Positions 36,294 to 47,411 are shown, counted from the first letter of the stretch. The stretch: DNA of 64,000 bases from an uncultured Thermoplasmata archaeon (GCA_963787465.1 CAWBDD010000009.1:14358-78357), one strand, 5' to 3'. The notes: generated from the letters alone by a model not told the origin. Numbers and translations are program-made.

Positions 36294-37616
36294 TTAGAGC
36301 GAAGAGGATTCCGGGGCGTGCGACCTCCGCAGGACGAGGATGTGGTCCTTCTCGATCCTGCTGTCGTTCCAGCGTGGGATGTCCAGGTGCCTGTTTATGA
36401 CATCGAAGACGAAGACATCCTTGAGCTCGAAGCCGGCACCCGCCGCTATCTTGGCCAGTATGGCGTAGGTCGGTATCCTCACGCGCTGGAACGAGTTCTC
36501 CCCGACGACGACGCAGTAGTTGCCGTGCCTCTTGAGGACCCTGTTCACCTCACAGAGGTTGCGGCGCATGTCCTCGAAGTACTTGTACACGATGTAGGCG
36601 CTCTTCTTCTCCTTCTCCATGAGCTCGTCGAGGACCACCTTGAGCTCAGGCACCCTGGTCTTCGGCTCCCACGGCCTGTACTCTGCGACGTACGCCCTCG
36701 ACGTCCCGACGATCCTCCCGTCGAGCTCCGCGAGGTCCTTCAGGAGCCCGAGCCAGTACATCTCCAGCTTGTGGACGCTCGCATAGTGCACGGCACTCGC
36801 GTAGGGAGGGGACGTGACGGCGAGGTCGACCGAATCGTCCTCGAGGTCTATGTCCCTCGCGTCCCTGCCGATGATCGATATCGAAGGCGGCGACCGGAAC
36901 AGGGCCTTGGCCTCGTTCGAGAGGTGCCACAGCTCCTCGGCGTCGACAAGTTTGTTCCTCACGGCGTTCTCGAACTTGCCCAGCACGTCCGTGGAGGTCT
37001 TGCCCTGCTCGTCCAGCTTCTTCCTGAAGCTCGTGACCTCCGGTATGAGTGAGTCGCTGTCCGAGTTGGACATCTTCCTGATGATCGACGAGAAGCAGAT
37101 CTTGAAGAAGTCCTGCTCGGGGCCCTTGCGCATCGCCCAGACGTGCTTCTTCACCGTCGCGAGGTCGCGGAGTACCTGAGGTTTGAACCAGTGGTCCCTG
37201 TTGGGGATGTCGGGTATCCACTCCGAGTTGTCCGCACCGTCCTCTCGGACATCCGCCAGCAGCCTCTCCGAGAGCCTCTCGAACCGCGCTGGGTCCACCG
37301 GCGTGGTCTTCACCTTGGCGATCAGCCTCGCGAGCGGGTGGATGTCGACTCCGAAGCTGTCCCTGCCCGTCATGTAAGCCTCGAGGAGCGTGGTCCCCGA
37401 GCCCATGAACGGGTCGAGGACCGTGTCCCCCCGCTTCGAGAGCGAGTCTATGCAGAACCTGGGGATCTGGGGGATGAATTTCGCGGGGTACCGGTGGATG
37501 CCGTGGGTCGCGTAGCTGACCTGCTTGCCGATGTACTTCCCCAGCTCCTCCGACAGGTCGACTGGCCTCGAGAGTGTGCCGCCTCGCCTGCATGCCATCG
37601 GGGTCTGTGACTGCAT
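36294..37616 (-). CDS. Amino-DNA methyltransferase, probably N4-cytosine (SPPY), with no adjacent restriction endonuclease
   Basis: THGIHRYPAKFIP, motif I DPFMGSGTT before motif IV VTSPPY. Confidence 0.85.
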   Translation of the reverse strand: MQSQTPMACRRGGTLSRPVDLSEELGKYIGKQVSYATHGIHRYPAKFIPQIPRFCIDSLSKRGDTVLDPFMGSGTTLLEAYMTGRDSFGVDIHPLARLIAKVKTTPVDPARFERLSERLLADVREDGADNSEWIPDIPNRDHWFKPQVLRDLATVKKHVWAMRKGPEQDFFKICFSSIIRKMSNSDSDSLIPEVTSFRKKLDEQGKTSTDVLGKFENAVRNKLVDAEELWHLSNEAKALFRSPPSISIIGRDARDIDLEDDSVDLAVTSPPYASAVHYASVHKLEMYWLGLLKDLAELDGRIVGTSRAYVAEYRPWEPKTRVPELKVVLDELMEKEKKSAYIVYKYFEDMRRNLCEVNRVLKRHGNYCVVVGENSFQRVRIPTYAILAKIAAGAGFELKDVFVFDVINRHLDIPRWNDSRIEKDHILVLRRSHAPESSSL

Positions 37617-37638
37617 CTGCCTTCAGGGTCTCCTTGAC

Positions 37639-39333
37639 TCACAATCCATCGAGGGCTTTGAGCCCCTCGCCAGCCACGAGCCTGGCCACGGCGACCGGGA
37701 CGTTCTCCTTCCTGACCCGGACCTGCTCCGAGCTGTCCCTGTCCCTGACGGTGACCGTGCCCTTCTCCTTCGTCTCGTAGTCGACCGTGACGCAGCACGG
37801 GGTGCCGACCTCGTCCATCCTCGCGTAGCGCCTGCCTATGGACCCGCCGTCGTCGTAGAACGCCTGGGTCCCGGCGGCCGCGAGCTGGTCGTACAGACCC
37901 ATCGCGATGTCGTCCAGGCCGTCCCTGGACATGAGCGGGAACACGCCGACCTTGACCGGCGCGACGCGCCCCTTCAGCCTGAGGGTGATGTAGTCGTCCT
38001 TCTTCTGGTACGCGTGCTCCAGGACGGCGTAGAGTATCCTGTCGACGCCGTACGCCGGCTCGATGACATGGGGGACGACCTTCCTGCCCGAGACCTTCTC
38101 CTTCCTGAGGACGACCTCGAAGCAGCTGGAGGGGACCTTCACGGCCTTGCCGTCCACGGTCAGCTCGACCTCGGCCTTGCCCTTCGCGTCCTCGGGCCTG
38201 AGCTTGGCCAGCGCCTCCGCGACCTTCTTGGTCTCGCCCTTGAAGAGCTTGCCCATGACGTCGAACTTGACCTTGACGACCTCGGCCTCGACCTCCTTCG
38301 GCTCGTCGAACTTCTCGAAGGCCGAGAGGTCGGCGCCTGAGTGCTTGATGTGGGCGGAGAGGTCGTAGCAGCCCCTGTCCGCGATCCCGACGAGCTCGAT
38401 CCAGCCGTACCCGAGCTCCGCCTCCAGGTCCCAGCAGTCGCTGGCGTAGTGGGCCATCTCGTCTCGCTCGTGCTGCCGGAAGCGCATGCGCTTCGGGTCC
38501 AGGCCGACATCGAGGGCGAACCTGTGTGTGAGCCAGATGAAGTACGCGAGCACCTCGTTGACTATGACACCCTCCTTGACCGCCTGCTCGAGGGACATCT
38601 CCCTCGGCGCGCCCTTGTTGGGCACCAGGGAGAGGACCTCGTGCTTCACCTTCGGGTACCTGGGCCATGTCTTGTCATCCGGGTGCACGAACAGCTCGGC
38701 CTCCATCTGGTGGAACTCCCGCAGGCGGATCAGGCCCTGCCTGGGCGAGATCTCGTTCCTGAAGGAGGTCCCGACCTGGACCGCGCCGACGGGGAGCTTG
38801 TCACGGCCGTACCTGTAGACCTGCTCGAAGTTGACGAACATCCCCTGCGCGGTCTCCGGCCTGAGGTAGCCCACCTTGGCCTTGCCCGCGCCTATGGATG
38901 TCTTGAACATGAGGTTGAACCGCTTCGGCGCGGTAAGCTCGCCCTTGCACGCCTGGCACTTCACGCCGTTCTCCTTCAGGAGCGCGCCCAGCTGCTCCTC
39001 GTTCAGGGTGGCCGGGTTCGCGTGCATACCGGTCGCGAGGTGGTCCGCGCGGTACACCTCACCACAGCCGACGCACTCCACGTACATGTCGGAGAATGTG
39101 TCCAGGTGGCCCGAGGCCTTGAAGACAGGCTCTGGCGCGACGATCGGGCAGAAGATCTCCTGGAAGCCCTCCTGGAGCACGTACAGGCGCCTCCAGTGGT
39201 TCTCGATGTTGTTCTTGAGGGACACGCCCAGCGGGCCGTAGTCATAGAGTCCAGCGACGCCGCCGTAGATGTCGTAGGCGGGCCATAGGAATCCCCTGCG
39301 CTTGCAGAGGGAGAGCAGTTCCTGAGGATCCAT
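37639..39333 (-). CDS. glyS: Glycyl-tRNA synthetase (homodimeric archaeal/eukaryotic type)
   Basis: YDYGPLG, FNLMF, YLRPETAQG, FRNEISPRQGLIRLREF, EMAHYA, VIEPAYG; anticodon-binding C-terminus. Confidence 0.95.
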   Translation of the reverse strand: MDPQELLSLCKRRGFLWPAYDIYGGVAGLYDYGPLGVSLKNNIENHWRRLYVLQEGFQEIFCPIVAPEPVFKASGHLDTFSDMYVECVGCGEVYRADHLATGMHANPATLNEEQLGALLKENGVKCQACKGELTAPKRFNLMFKTSIGAGKAKVGYLRPETAQGMFVNFEQVYRYGRDKLPVGAVQVGTSFRNEISPRQGLIRLREFHQMEAELFVHPDDKTWPRYPKVKHEVLSLVPNKGAPREMSLEQAVKEGVIVNEVLAYFIWLTHRFALDVGLDPKRMRFRQHERDEMAHYASDCWDLEAELGYGWIELVGIADRGCYDLSAHIKHSGADLSAFEKFDEPKEVEAEVVKVKFDVMGKLFKGETKKVAEALAKLRPEDAKGKAEVELTVDGKAVKVPSSCFEVVLRKEKVSGRKVVPHVIEPAYGVDRILYAVLEHAYQKKDDYITLRLKGRVAPVKVGVFPLMSRDGLDDIAMGLYDQLAAAGTQAFYDDGGSIGRRYARMDEVGTPCCVTVDYETKEKGTVTVRDRDSSEQVRVRKENVPVAVARLVAGEGLKALDGL

Positions 39334-39339
39334 CTTAGA

Positions 39340-40182
39340 TCACTTGGTGAGCGTGGATACGACATCTAGGTCATAAATCATGGCAACGAGGTTGTCCTTC
39401 GAGTCGCGCACGGGCAGCTGCCCGAAGTCGTGCTTCCTCATCGTCCTCGCGGCGTCCCCGACCAGCGTCTTCCTGAAGACGGTCATCGGGTTCTTGACCA
39501 TGATGTCCTTGACGGTCAGCTTCGGCAGGTCGACCCTCGAGACCTCGTACCAGAGCTTCATTACGTTCCTGATGCCCTCCCAGGTCCAGTTGTCGTCCTC
39601 GTCGCTTATGCCCAGGTCGCTCATGACGACCGACCTGTCGACGACGGTCCTGTTGAATATGTCCCTGTCCGTCAGGATGCCCACGAGCTTGGCCTCGTCG
39701 TCCAGCACGGGGAGGGCCATTACCTTGGCCGCCCTGAAGGTGGCCAGCGCCACGATGAGCGGGGCCGAGTGGTAGATGGGTATGCACGGCGAGCGCACGA
39801 TCTCCTCCACCGCGACCTGCGGGTTCTCCTTCTCCACGACGATCAGTAGGTCCGTCGGCGTGAGTATCCCGACGAGTTTCCCCTTGTCCACGACCGGCAG
39901 GTGCGCGAGGTGCTGGTCTATCATGATCCGCGCGGCGTCTTTGACGCTCGCGTTCGGCCCGATGTTGGGGTAGTCGCGCCTCATGACGAGGGCCAGCTGC
40001 TCCTCCTCGGGCTTCGAGAAGATGTCCTGACGGGTGACGAACCCCGCCAGCATGCCGTCGCTGGACTTCACCACAGGCATGCCTGTGACGTTGTGCTTCA
40101 CCAGGCACTTCAGCACGTCCGTGCGGGTCCCCGGGAGCTCCGCCACTATCGGGTTCTCCGTCATGACCTCCTTGACCTTCAC
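39340..40182 (-). CDS. CBS-domain protein (four CBS motifs)
   Basis: Repeated LPVV...GKLVGILT and MPVV...GFVT motifs. Confidence 0.9.
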   Translation of the reverse strand: MKVKEVMTENPIVAELPGTRTDVLKCLVKHNVTGMPVVKSSDGMLAGFVTRQDIFSKPEEEQLALVMRRDYPNIGPNASVKDAARIMIDQHLAHLPVVDKGKLVGILTPTDLLIVVEKENPQVAVEEIVRSPCIPIYHSAPLIVALATFRAAKVMALPVLDDEAKLVGILTDRDIFNRTVVDRSVVMSDLGISDEDDNWTWEGIRNVMKLWYEVSRVDLPKLTVKDIMVKNPMTVFRKTLVGDAARTMRKHDFGQLPVRDSKDNLVAMIYDLDVVSTLTK

Positions 40183-40186
40183 CGAT

Positions 40187-40624
40187 TCACCTCTTCTTGC
40201 TCCTCACGACCAGGACGGGGCACGGGGCGTATCTCGTGACCCTCTCGGCCACGCTCCCCATGAACAGCTTGGATATGGCTGACCTGCCTAGTGTGCCCAT
40301 GACGACGAGGTCCATGTCGTGCGCCGTCTCGACGATCTTCCTCGTCGGCGACCCCTCGACCATGACCGGTGTCACCTTGACCCCCATCGCAGCCCCCTCG
40401 GCAGCGACGTCGTCCACCGCCTTCTTGCCCTCGTTCTCGAGGAGAGAGTAGACGCTGACGACGGACGAGTCCATGGGGAAGCTCACGAAAGAGGTCTGGT
40501 CCACGACGTAAAGAGCGGTGACCTCCGCTCCCAGGACCTTGGCGAGCTTCAGGCCGTAGGTCACGGCCTCCTTGGTGTACTCAGAGCCGTCGGTCGCTAT
40601 CAGGATCTTCTTTATCTCGTCCAA
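40187..40624 (-). CDS. Universal stress protein
   Basis: KKILIATDGS and VVMGTLGRSAISKLFMGSVAERVTRYAPCPVLVV; GGAGG RBS before TTG 40624. Confidence 0.9.
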   Translation of the reverse strand: MDEIKKILIATDGSEYTKEAVTYGLKLAKVLGAEVTALYVVDQTSFVSFPMDSSVVSVYSLLENEGKKAVDDVAAEGAAMGVKVTPVMVEGSPTRKIVETAHDMDLVVMGTLGRSAISKLFMGSVAERVTRYAPCPVLVVRSKKR

Positions 40625-41697
40625 TTTTCCGGCCTCCGTAACCTTCCTCCGTGGATGACCGCTGAGATGCTCGACGAACCCGCGGACGTCACCACCTCCC
40701 CGAGGGGATCCAACCCTCTGACGTCCAAGACCACGAGGTCGTCTGGAATTCCGATTCCAGTTGTTATCTTCCGCTTCGCACTTAATACTTTGCGCCCTCC
40801 GAACGTCGCCAGATGTACCACCTGGGCCGGGGAGAGCGCGCCTGCTGAGAGCCTGTGGGCGGCCTGCAGCTCGGCTAGCATGTCCGGACGTGCGATCATC
40901 CCGTTGTCCGTCCCGAGAGCGACATCGACGCCCGCCGCGAGAAGACGCGGGATCCTGGGTTCCAGGCCGAAGAACTCGTTCGACCGCGGGCATACGACCA
41001 CGGGGACGCCCTCGTCCGCACAAGCCTGGACATCGTCGTCGTTCGCCGCCGTCATGTGGACCAGGAAGTTGGGGTGGAGGTCCAGTATCGCGTCGATGTC
41101 CTCCCTGACAGCCTCGCTCGCGTGCAGGGCGAACATCCGGCCGGAGGACCTGGCCTTCTCCGCCATCCTCCGCGCCTGCCCCGGGTCCGTGTCCCTCAGG
41201 GCGCTCAGCCCGATGCCGTCGCACCCAGCCAGGACCTCCTCGAGCTCGTTGTCCGTCGGCGGGACGCCGATGGGACGGCCGAGCACGACGGGGAGGGGAA
41301 TGTCCGACCTGACCGCGGACAGCATTTCCATCACCCCGGCGAGGCCCTCCTCCCGGAAATCGATGAATGTGGACGTGCCAGTAGCTGACATGACCTCGAC
41401 CGCGTCAGTCATCGCGGAGAGCTTTGCCTCCCTGGAGACGGTCCTGAGCATCCTGTGCTTGTATCCGCCCGGTGGCCCGACCACGTCCTCGACGCTGCCC
41501 TTGGGGGCCGGGAAGGCGAAGGAGTCTCCGATATGGGTGTGGGCGTTCACGAAGCACGGGAGGACGACGGACTTCGACGAATCCGACGGCGGGTCCCCGT
41601 AGCAGACCTCGACTAGCAGGCCCTCCTCAAGCCGGAGGCACCCCTTGGTGAGTCCCTCGGGCGTGAACAACCATCGGCCTACGTGTGACGCTTTCAT
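40612..41697 (-). CDS. Metal-dependent amidohydrolase / deaminase family protein
   Basis: NAHTHIGD, LHASE, VHMT, VCPRSN, LGTDN. Confidence 0.88.
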   Translation of the reverse strand: MKASHVGRWLFTPEGLTKGCLRLEEGLLVEVCYGDPPSDSSKSVVLPCFVNAHTHIGDSFAFPAPKGSVEDVVGPPGGYKHRMLRTVSREAKLSAMTDAVEVMSATGTSTFIDFREEGLAGVMEMLSAVRSDIPLPVVLGRPIGVPPTDNELEEVLAGCDGIGLSALRDTDPGQARRMAEKARSSGRMFALHASEAVREDIDAILDLHPNFLVHMTAANDDDVQACADEGVPVVVCPRSNEFFGLEPRIPRLLAAGVDVALGTDNGMIARPDMLAELQAAHRLSAGALSPAQVVHLATFGGRKVLSAKRKITTGIGIPDDLVVLDVRGLDPLGEVVTSAGSSSISAVIHGGRLRRPENWTR

Positions 41698-41900
41698 GAG
41701 CTCGACGATGCGAATGACCGCACACGGCTAATAGCCTGTCGAAGGTTTGCGGTTCCAGGGCGCGCACTCGGTCATCTTGACTGATGCCAGATTTTGATTC
41801 ATGTGTTCGAAAATAAATCTAACGGCAACGGGTTCGGTCAAGAAGATTTATATGGAGGGAGGCAATCACGAAAAACCAAGGATCCACGGAGGTCTTTCAG

Positions 41901-42077
41901 ATGCCAGCCAAGATCAGCAAGGACGAATGCGTTGCCTGCGGAGCCTGTGTAGATGTCTGCCCCGAGGGGGCCATCACCTGCGAGGACGTCGCGGTCATCG
42001 ACGAGAAGAAGTGCCTCGACTGCGGCGCTTGCGTCGACGAGTGCCCGAACAACGCGATAAAGCTCGAGGAAAAGTAG
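41901..42077 (+). CDS. 2x[4Fe-4S] ferredoxin, 58 aa
   Basis: CVACGACVDVCP and CLDCGACVDECP; GGAGG RBS; TTTATAT box at 41847. Missed by the ORF track. Confidence 0.95.
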   Translation: MPAKISKDECVACGACVDVCPEGAITCEDVAVIDEKKCLDCGACVDECPNNAIKLEEK

Positions 42078-42088
42078 GGATTCTACGA

Positions 42089-42105
42089 GGCGCCGTGACG
42101 GCGCC
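42089..42105 (+). terminator. GC hairpin downstream of the ferredoxin gene
   Basis: GGCGCCG-TGA-CGGCGCC inverted repeat 12 nt after the stop; no U-tract. Confidence 0.3.
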
Positions 42106-42191
42106 CTCCCGAAACCCTTCAAACCCAATCCCATGATTCTGACCTGCCAATGTTGAAATAAGCTGACGCAGCTGTCTGCGCCGGTGCTCCC

Positions 42192-42953
42192 ATGGAACCG
42201 TGGATGATCGACGTCCTCATACTGCTCGCCGTGGCATTCGTGCCGTCGGTCCTCTACCTGGTCTGGATAAGGAACACCGAGCGGTTCTCGAGGGAGCCCT
42301 ACGGACGGCTCCTGAGGGTCTTCGCATACGGCGCGATCCTCTCGGTCGTGGTCGCCGTGGTCCTCGAACTGCTCCTGATGGCGCTCTACAATCAGAACCT
42401 CGAGCGCGTCTACAGCTATTTCGGCGAGAACCCAAACCTGACGACTCTGGTCCTCGTGTGCGTCATCGCCCCGTTCGTCGAGGAGCTAACGAAGTCGCTG
42501 GGCGTCTTCAGGGCCAGAAGGATGATGACCGAGATCGAGAACGGCATAGTCTACGGCGCCGCCGCCGGCCTGGGCTTCGCCGCCACCGAGAACCTGCTCT
42601 ACGAGGGGACAGCCCTCCTCGAATCCGGGACGGAGGCGTTCATCGCCACCGCGGTGGTCCGCAGCCTCTCGTCCGCGCTCCTCCACGCGAGCGCGTCATC
42701 CGTCTTCGGTCTCGGGATCGCGAAGAGCACTCTCAACGGGAGCAGCTGGATACCGTACTATCTCCTCGCGGTCCTCATGCACGGGGCGTTCAACTTCTTC
42801 GCGTCCTTCGGCGAGATATTCTACGATCAGCTCGGCGACACCGCCTACCTCATCGGGCTCAGCGCGGCATTCATGATCGCCATCGGGGGCATCACGGCAG
42901 CGAGGGCGAAGATACGCGCCCTCGACAGGCGCGGCTGGCGCAAGCGCCGCTGA
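42192..42953 (+). CDS. PrsW-family intramembrane glutamic protease
   Basis: APFVEELTK, GLGFAATEN, LHAS and MHGAFN motifs; multiple TM helices. Confidence 0.88.
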   Translation: MEPWMIDVLILLAVAFVPSVLYLVWIRNTERFSREPYGRLLRVFAYGAILSVVVAVVLELLLMALYNQNLERVYSYFGENPNLTTLVLVCVIAPFVEELTKSLGVFRARRMMTEIENGIVYGAAAGLGFAATENLLYEGTALLESGTEAFIATAVVRSLSSALLHASASSVFGLGIAKSTLNGSSWIPYYLLAVLMHGAFNFFASFGEIFYDQLGDTAYLIGLSAAFMIAIGGITAARAKIRALDRRGWRKRR

Positions 42954-42988
42954 CACCAAGGAAAGGAATAAGCCAGGGAGGGGGATTC

Positions 42989-43555
42989 GTGGTCGTGAGG
43001 TTCAGGGCGTTCATCTCCGCAGACATCGAGCCCAGCGAGCAGCTCGTGGACATGCTCAGGGAACTCCAGCGCACGGGCGCTGCCCTGAAGACCGTCAAGC
43101 CCAGGCTCATGCACGTGACCCTCAAGTTCCTGGGGGACACGGACGAGGCGCTCGTCGACGACATCGCTGCGGCCACGGCCGAGACGGCCGGCTCATGCGC
43201 TCCGTTCACGGTCCGCCTGAAGGGAATGGGGGCGTTCCCATCCATGTCCAACATCAGGGTCGTCTGGGTCGGGATGGAGGATGGGGGGATGCTCTCGCGC
43301 ATCGCGTCCGGGCTGGACGACCGCCTCCTGCGCCACGGCTTCGCGAAGGACGACAAGGGCTTCAAGCCGCACCTGACCGTCGCGCGCGCAAAGAACGGCG
43401 AAGGGATGGCGCGCGTCCAGGAGCTCATACGCCAGAACGCGGTCACCGTCTACGGCGAGCACACGGTGGACAGGATCCTTCTGAAGAAGAGCGTGCTCGG
43501 ACCCCACGGTCCGGTCTATTCTACAATCAGAGAGGTCCGGCTGACAGGCCCGTGA
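42989..43555 (+). CDS. thpR: RNA 2',3'-cyclic phosphodiesterase (2H family)
   Basis: RAFIS, HVTLKFLG and PHLTVAR (two HxT motifs), GPVY. Confidence 0.9.
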   Translation: MVVRFRAFISADIEPSEQLVDMLRELQRTGAALKTVKPRLMHVTLKFLGDTDEALVDDIAAATAETAGSCAPFTVRLKGMGAFPSMSNIRVVWVGMEDGGMLSRIASGLDDRLLRHGFAKDDKGFKPHLTVARAKNGEGMARVQELIRQNAVTVYGEHTVDRILLKKSVLGPHGPVYSTIREVRLTGP

Positions 43556-43558
43556 GCC

Positions 43559-45560
43559 TCATCTCTTGACGGACCTCGCAAGGAGGTCGACCAGGTCCAC
43601 GACCTCCAGGGCGCCATCGGCACTCTGGCATTCCCTCAGGCTCTGGACGCACCACGGGCAGGAGGTGACGATGGTCGCCGCCCCCGCCGCCTTCGCCATC
43701 GCGACGCGGTCCGAGGCGATGGACGACGCGAGCTCCGGGAACGCGCTCCTGACACCGGACCCCGAGCCGCAGCAGGCGCTCTCGGCCCTCGTCCTCGCCA
43801 TCTCGACGACCTCGCCGCCCACGGCCGCGGCCACGAGGCGCCTCGGCTCCTCGTAGACCCCGAGCTCGCGCCCGAGGTCGCAAGGGTCGTGGAACGTCAC
43901 GGGGCCCTCGACGGCCGCCTTCGCCAGGGAAGAGAGGTCCAGCCTCTCGGAGAGGAACTGCGTGATGTGCTGGACCTTGATCCCCGAAGCCTCGATGAGG
44001 TCCTTGTGCCGGCTCAGCGCTGACGCGCATCCTGGGCACGAAGTCACGACGACGCGCGCACCCGCAGCCTTGAAGTCCGCGAAGCACGCCTCGGCCTTCT
44101 CGCGCGCGAGCGTGACGTCCCCGAGCTTGTGCACGGTCGACCCGCAGCATCTCTCGCGCGGGCCCAGGACGGCCGGCTCGACGCCTGCCGACCGGATGAG
44201 TCCGACAGCGGAGGTAGCCGTCTCGTGGAACAGGAGGGATGTCGAGCAGCCGGCGAAGTACAGGACTTCGCCTTTGTCCTTGAGCCCGAGCCCCTTAGCC
44301 CACCTCCCCTTCTGCGCCCTCGGGACCTGCCAAGGATTGTCGTAGTTCCTGACGCTGGAGGCGACCGCCGAGTGCTCCGGGAGTATGCCCTTTTTATCAG
44401 CATATCCCTTGACCCTTACATTCATGATTCCCTTTTTGGTGTCGATGGTCGCCGGACAGACCTCCTTGCACGCACCGCACGAGGTGCACAGGTACGAGCC
44501 CGCGTCCGACGCCTCGTCCAACTTGCCCGTCGAGCCCGCGAGGTACACACCGATCCCGCCCATGTGCCCCGCGCCGCCGAAGACCGGGCCGACCACGTTG
44601 TACACCGGGCATCTCAGGAGGCACATGCCGCAGCCGATGCAGTACATCGCCTCCCTGTCCTCGGCCGCCAGGCGGCCATCGTCCACGAGGACGATCACGA
44701 CCTCCTTGGGGCCGTGCATGCCCTTGTACACCTTCTTCTCGATGTCCGCGGTGTAGCTCTGGCCGGTGATGATGTTGATGTACGAGCTGATGATCTTGCC
44801 TGTGGAGAGGTAGGTCTGGAGCTTCGTGACGTTGATAGCCTCGTCGAGGTCCGGGACGACCTTCTCCGGCGTCGTGACGATGATGTGCTTCCCCGGGACC
44901 ATGGCGCACTTCGCGGCGTTCCCCTCGTTGTGGACTATGACGACCGCGCCCTCCCTGGCGGCGATCGCGTTCGCGCCCGTGATGCCCGACCTTCGCCCTG
45001 GCGATGTAGTCGGCGATCTCGTCGCGCATGATGGATGTGAGCTCCGCCGGCTCCTCGGAGACCTCCCTGCCGAAGTGGGATGTGAACAGCCGTGCGATCT
45101 GACCCCTTGTGAGATGGCACGCCGGCCCCGTGGGGTGGGCGGCCGCACATCCCGCGAGCTGGACGATCCTGTCGCCCAGGTCGGTCTCGACGACCTCTAT
45201 GCCCTGGGCCGCGAGGTGGTCGGCCAGATGGAGTTCCTTGGTGACGTTGGACTTGGACTTCACGACCAGGTCGTTCCCCTTGACCTCGTCGGCTATGACC
45301 TTCCTGGCGCTCTCGGCACTCTTCACGAGCAGCACCCTGAAGCCGTTCGCGCGCAGGGTCGCCATGGCCTCGGACAGGAGGCGCTCGTCCCCGACCGTCG
45401 CCTCCTTCGTGCGCCTCAGCCTCTCCTTGCGCGCCTGCAGGTCAGGTATGCGGCCTGCGTTCTCGCGCTGCCGCTCCTCGATTGTGTTGAAAGACCTGCG
45501 CATCCCCTCGAGGGATTCGCGCTCCCCGACCGCTTTCCTGACGCGCTCCCTTAGCTCCAT
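43559..45560 (-). CDS. LUD/LutB-type Fe-S protein fused to CCG-domain oxidoreductase; frameshift at ~44986
   Basis: VKSKSNVTKE, ETDLG, HPTGPACH, GITGANA, CIGCGMCLLRCP, CTSCGACKEVCP, CCGS, FHDPC, CCGSG. An extra G in GTCGGGCATC breaks the frame. Confidence 0.82.
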
Positions 45561-45605
45561 GTGAGAATGAGCCTCCGGCGAATACCGCCAGGACCTGGCG
45601 GCGCA

Positions 45606-45977
45606 TCAGGGTTGGATGGTGGTGAGCTTGTCGAAGTCGACGGTGTGCGCTACGCCAGCCTTCTTCAGGATCTTGCTGAGGCGCTCCGCGACCCTCACGA
45701 TCTCCGCGGTCTTCGAATCGGCCCTGATGTAGAACTCCTTCTTGCCGCCGAGCGGGAAGACCATCCTCATCCTCCCGCGCCTGTTGAAGCCCTCGGGCTT
45801 CCTGTTCTTCTCGAGGTCCATCTTGTTGATGCGGAGGAACATCTGGAGGACCTCCGCGTCTTCTGGCTTCTGGTCGGTCTCGTCCAGGAAGGCCACGAGC
45901 AGCTCCTCGAACACCTCGTCGAGGTCCTTCCACTTGAACTTCTCCTTGAACACGATGTGACCAGACTCGGCTTTCAT
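45606..45977 (-). CDS. Hypothetical protein
   Basis: 123-aa ORF with host-like codon usage, upstream of the LUD gene. Confidence 0.65.
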   Translation of the reverse strand: MKAESGHIVFKEKFKWKDLDEVFEELLVAFLDETDQKPEDAEVLQMFLRINKMDLEKNRKPEGFNRRGRMRMVFPLGGKKEFYIRADSKTAEIVRVAERLSKILKKAGVAHTVDFDKLTTIQP

Positions 45978-46081
45978 GGCAGCCGTTCTGATTGGCTAAC
46001 GCATATTTAACGATATTCAACGGCCCTGGCCAGACGGGCATTGCACAAGTGATTTATCAGGCGTTGCCCATCAAGTGGCCG

Positions 46082-47401
46082 ATGGCCAACGCCCTCGCAA
46101 TCGCTGGCTCGGATTCTGTGGGTGGGGCAGGGCTCCAGGCCGACCTCAAGGCCTTCGAGGCGGTGGGTGTCCACGGCTGCTCCGCGGTCACATGCGTCAC
46201 ATCCCAGAACACACGCCGCGTGTCTGCTATCTACCCTATTCCGCCGGACCACATAGCTATGCAGATCGGCTCCGTGCTCGAGGATGTCCAGCTCGACGCT
46301 GTCAAGACAGGCATGCTCTACAGCTCGGAGATCGTCAAGACCGTCTCCGCAGCCCTCCGCGGCGTAGAGGCACCCATAGTGGTCGACCCTGTCATGACGG
46401 CGACGACCGGGAGCGAGCTGCATCTCGCAGGGTTCGTCGAGACCCTGATCTCGAAGCTCCTGCCGATGTCCGCGCTCGTCACCCCGAACCTGGGCGAGGC
46501 CGAACGGCTGTCCGGGATCAAGGTCAAGGACGAGCGCACGGCCAAGAGGGCTGCGCTCGAGATACTCGAGCTCGGGCCCGAGGCCGTGCTGCTGAAAGGG
46601 GGGCACCTCGACGGGCCGGAGGCGGCGGACTACCTGTGCATCGACGGGAAGGTCACCAAGCTGTCGTCCCCGAGGGTCGATGCGGACGTGCACGGGACCG
46701 GGTGTGCGCTGGCTTCACTGATCGCGGGCAACATCGCCGTTGGCATGGAGCTCGAGGACGCGGTACGCAGGTCCAAATCGATGATCTACAAGGCCATCCT
46801 CGCCAGGGAGACCGTCGGGAAGGGCGTACCTTGCGCCAACCCGCTCGCGGTCCTCAGGATAGAGGCTGGGAAGGCCGCCATGCTCGGCGAGCTCGAGAGG
46901 ACGGCCGTCCTGCTCGAACGCCTCCTGGACCCGGGACTGATACCCGAGGTCGGGATGAACATGGGCTACGCGGTCCTCGGCGCGCTGGAGCAGGAGGAGG
47001 TGGCGGCCTTCGACGGCAGGATAGTCCGCGTCGGGCAGAGCGCCAGGAAGATCGGCGTCGCGAGGTTCGGCGCCTCCAAGCACGTGGCGAGGATAGTGCT
47101 GGCGACCTCCTCGCGCGACCCCGACTTCAGGTGCGCGATGAACATCAAGTACTCCGAGGAGAACGTCGACGCCTCGAGGAGGGCCAAGCTGACGGTCGCC
47201 TCCTTCGACAGGGCCAAGGAGCCCAAGGGGGTCTCATCGATGACCTGGGGGGTCCTGAACGCCATGGAGAGGTACGGTGGCGTCCCGGACGTCATATTCG
47301 ACAAGGGAGGGCACGGGAAGGAGCCGATGATACGCCTCCTGGGACGCACGCCAGAGGACGTCCTGTCCAAGCTGAGAAGGCTTGCGTCCAAGCGCGGATG
47401 A
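46082..47401 (+). CDS. thiD: Bifunctional HMP(-P) kinase / thiamine-phosphate synthase ThiDN
   Basis: [39 protein letters not shown]; C-terminal ThiN domain ([21 protein letters not shown]). Confidence 0.92.
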   Translation: MANALAIAGSDSVGGAGLQADLKAFEAVGVHGCSAVTCVTSQNTRRVSAIYPIPPDHIAMQIGSVLEDVQLDAVKTGMLYSSEIVKTVSAALRGVEAPIVVDPVMTATTGSELHLAGFVETLISKLLPMSALVTPNLGEAERLSGIKVKDERTAKRAALEILELGPEAVLLKGGHLDGPEAADYLCIDGKVTKLSSPRVDADVHGTGCALASLIAGNIAVGMELEDAVRRSKSMIYKAILARETVGKGVPCANPLAVLRIEAGKAAMLGELERTAVLLERLLDPGLIPEVGMNMGYAVLGALEQEEVAAFDGRIVRVGQSARKIGVARFGASKHVARIVLATSSRDPDFRCAMNIKYSEENVDASRRAKLTVASFDRAKEPKGVSSMTWGVLNAMERYGGVPDVIFDKGGHGKEPMIRLLGRTPEDVLSKLRRLASKRG

Positions 47402-47411
47402 GGTGGTCTCG

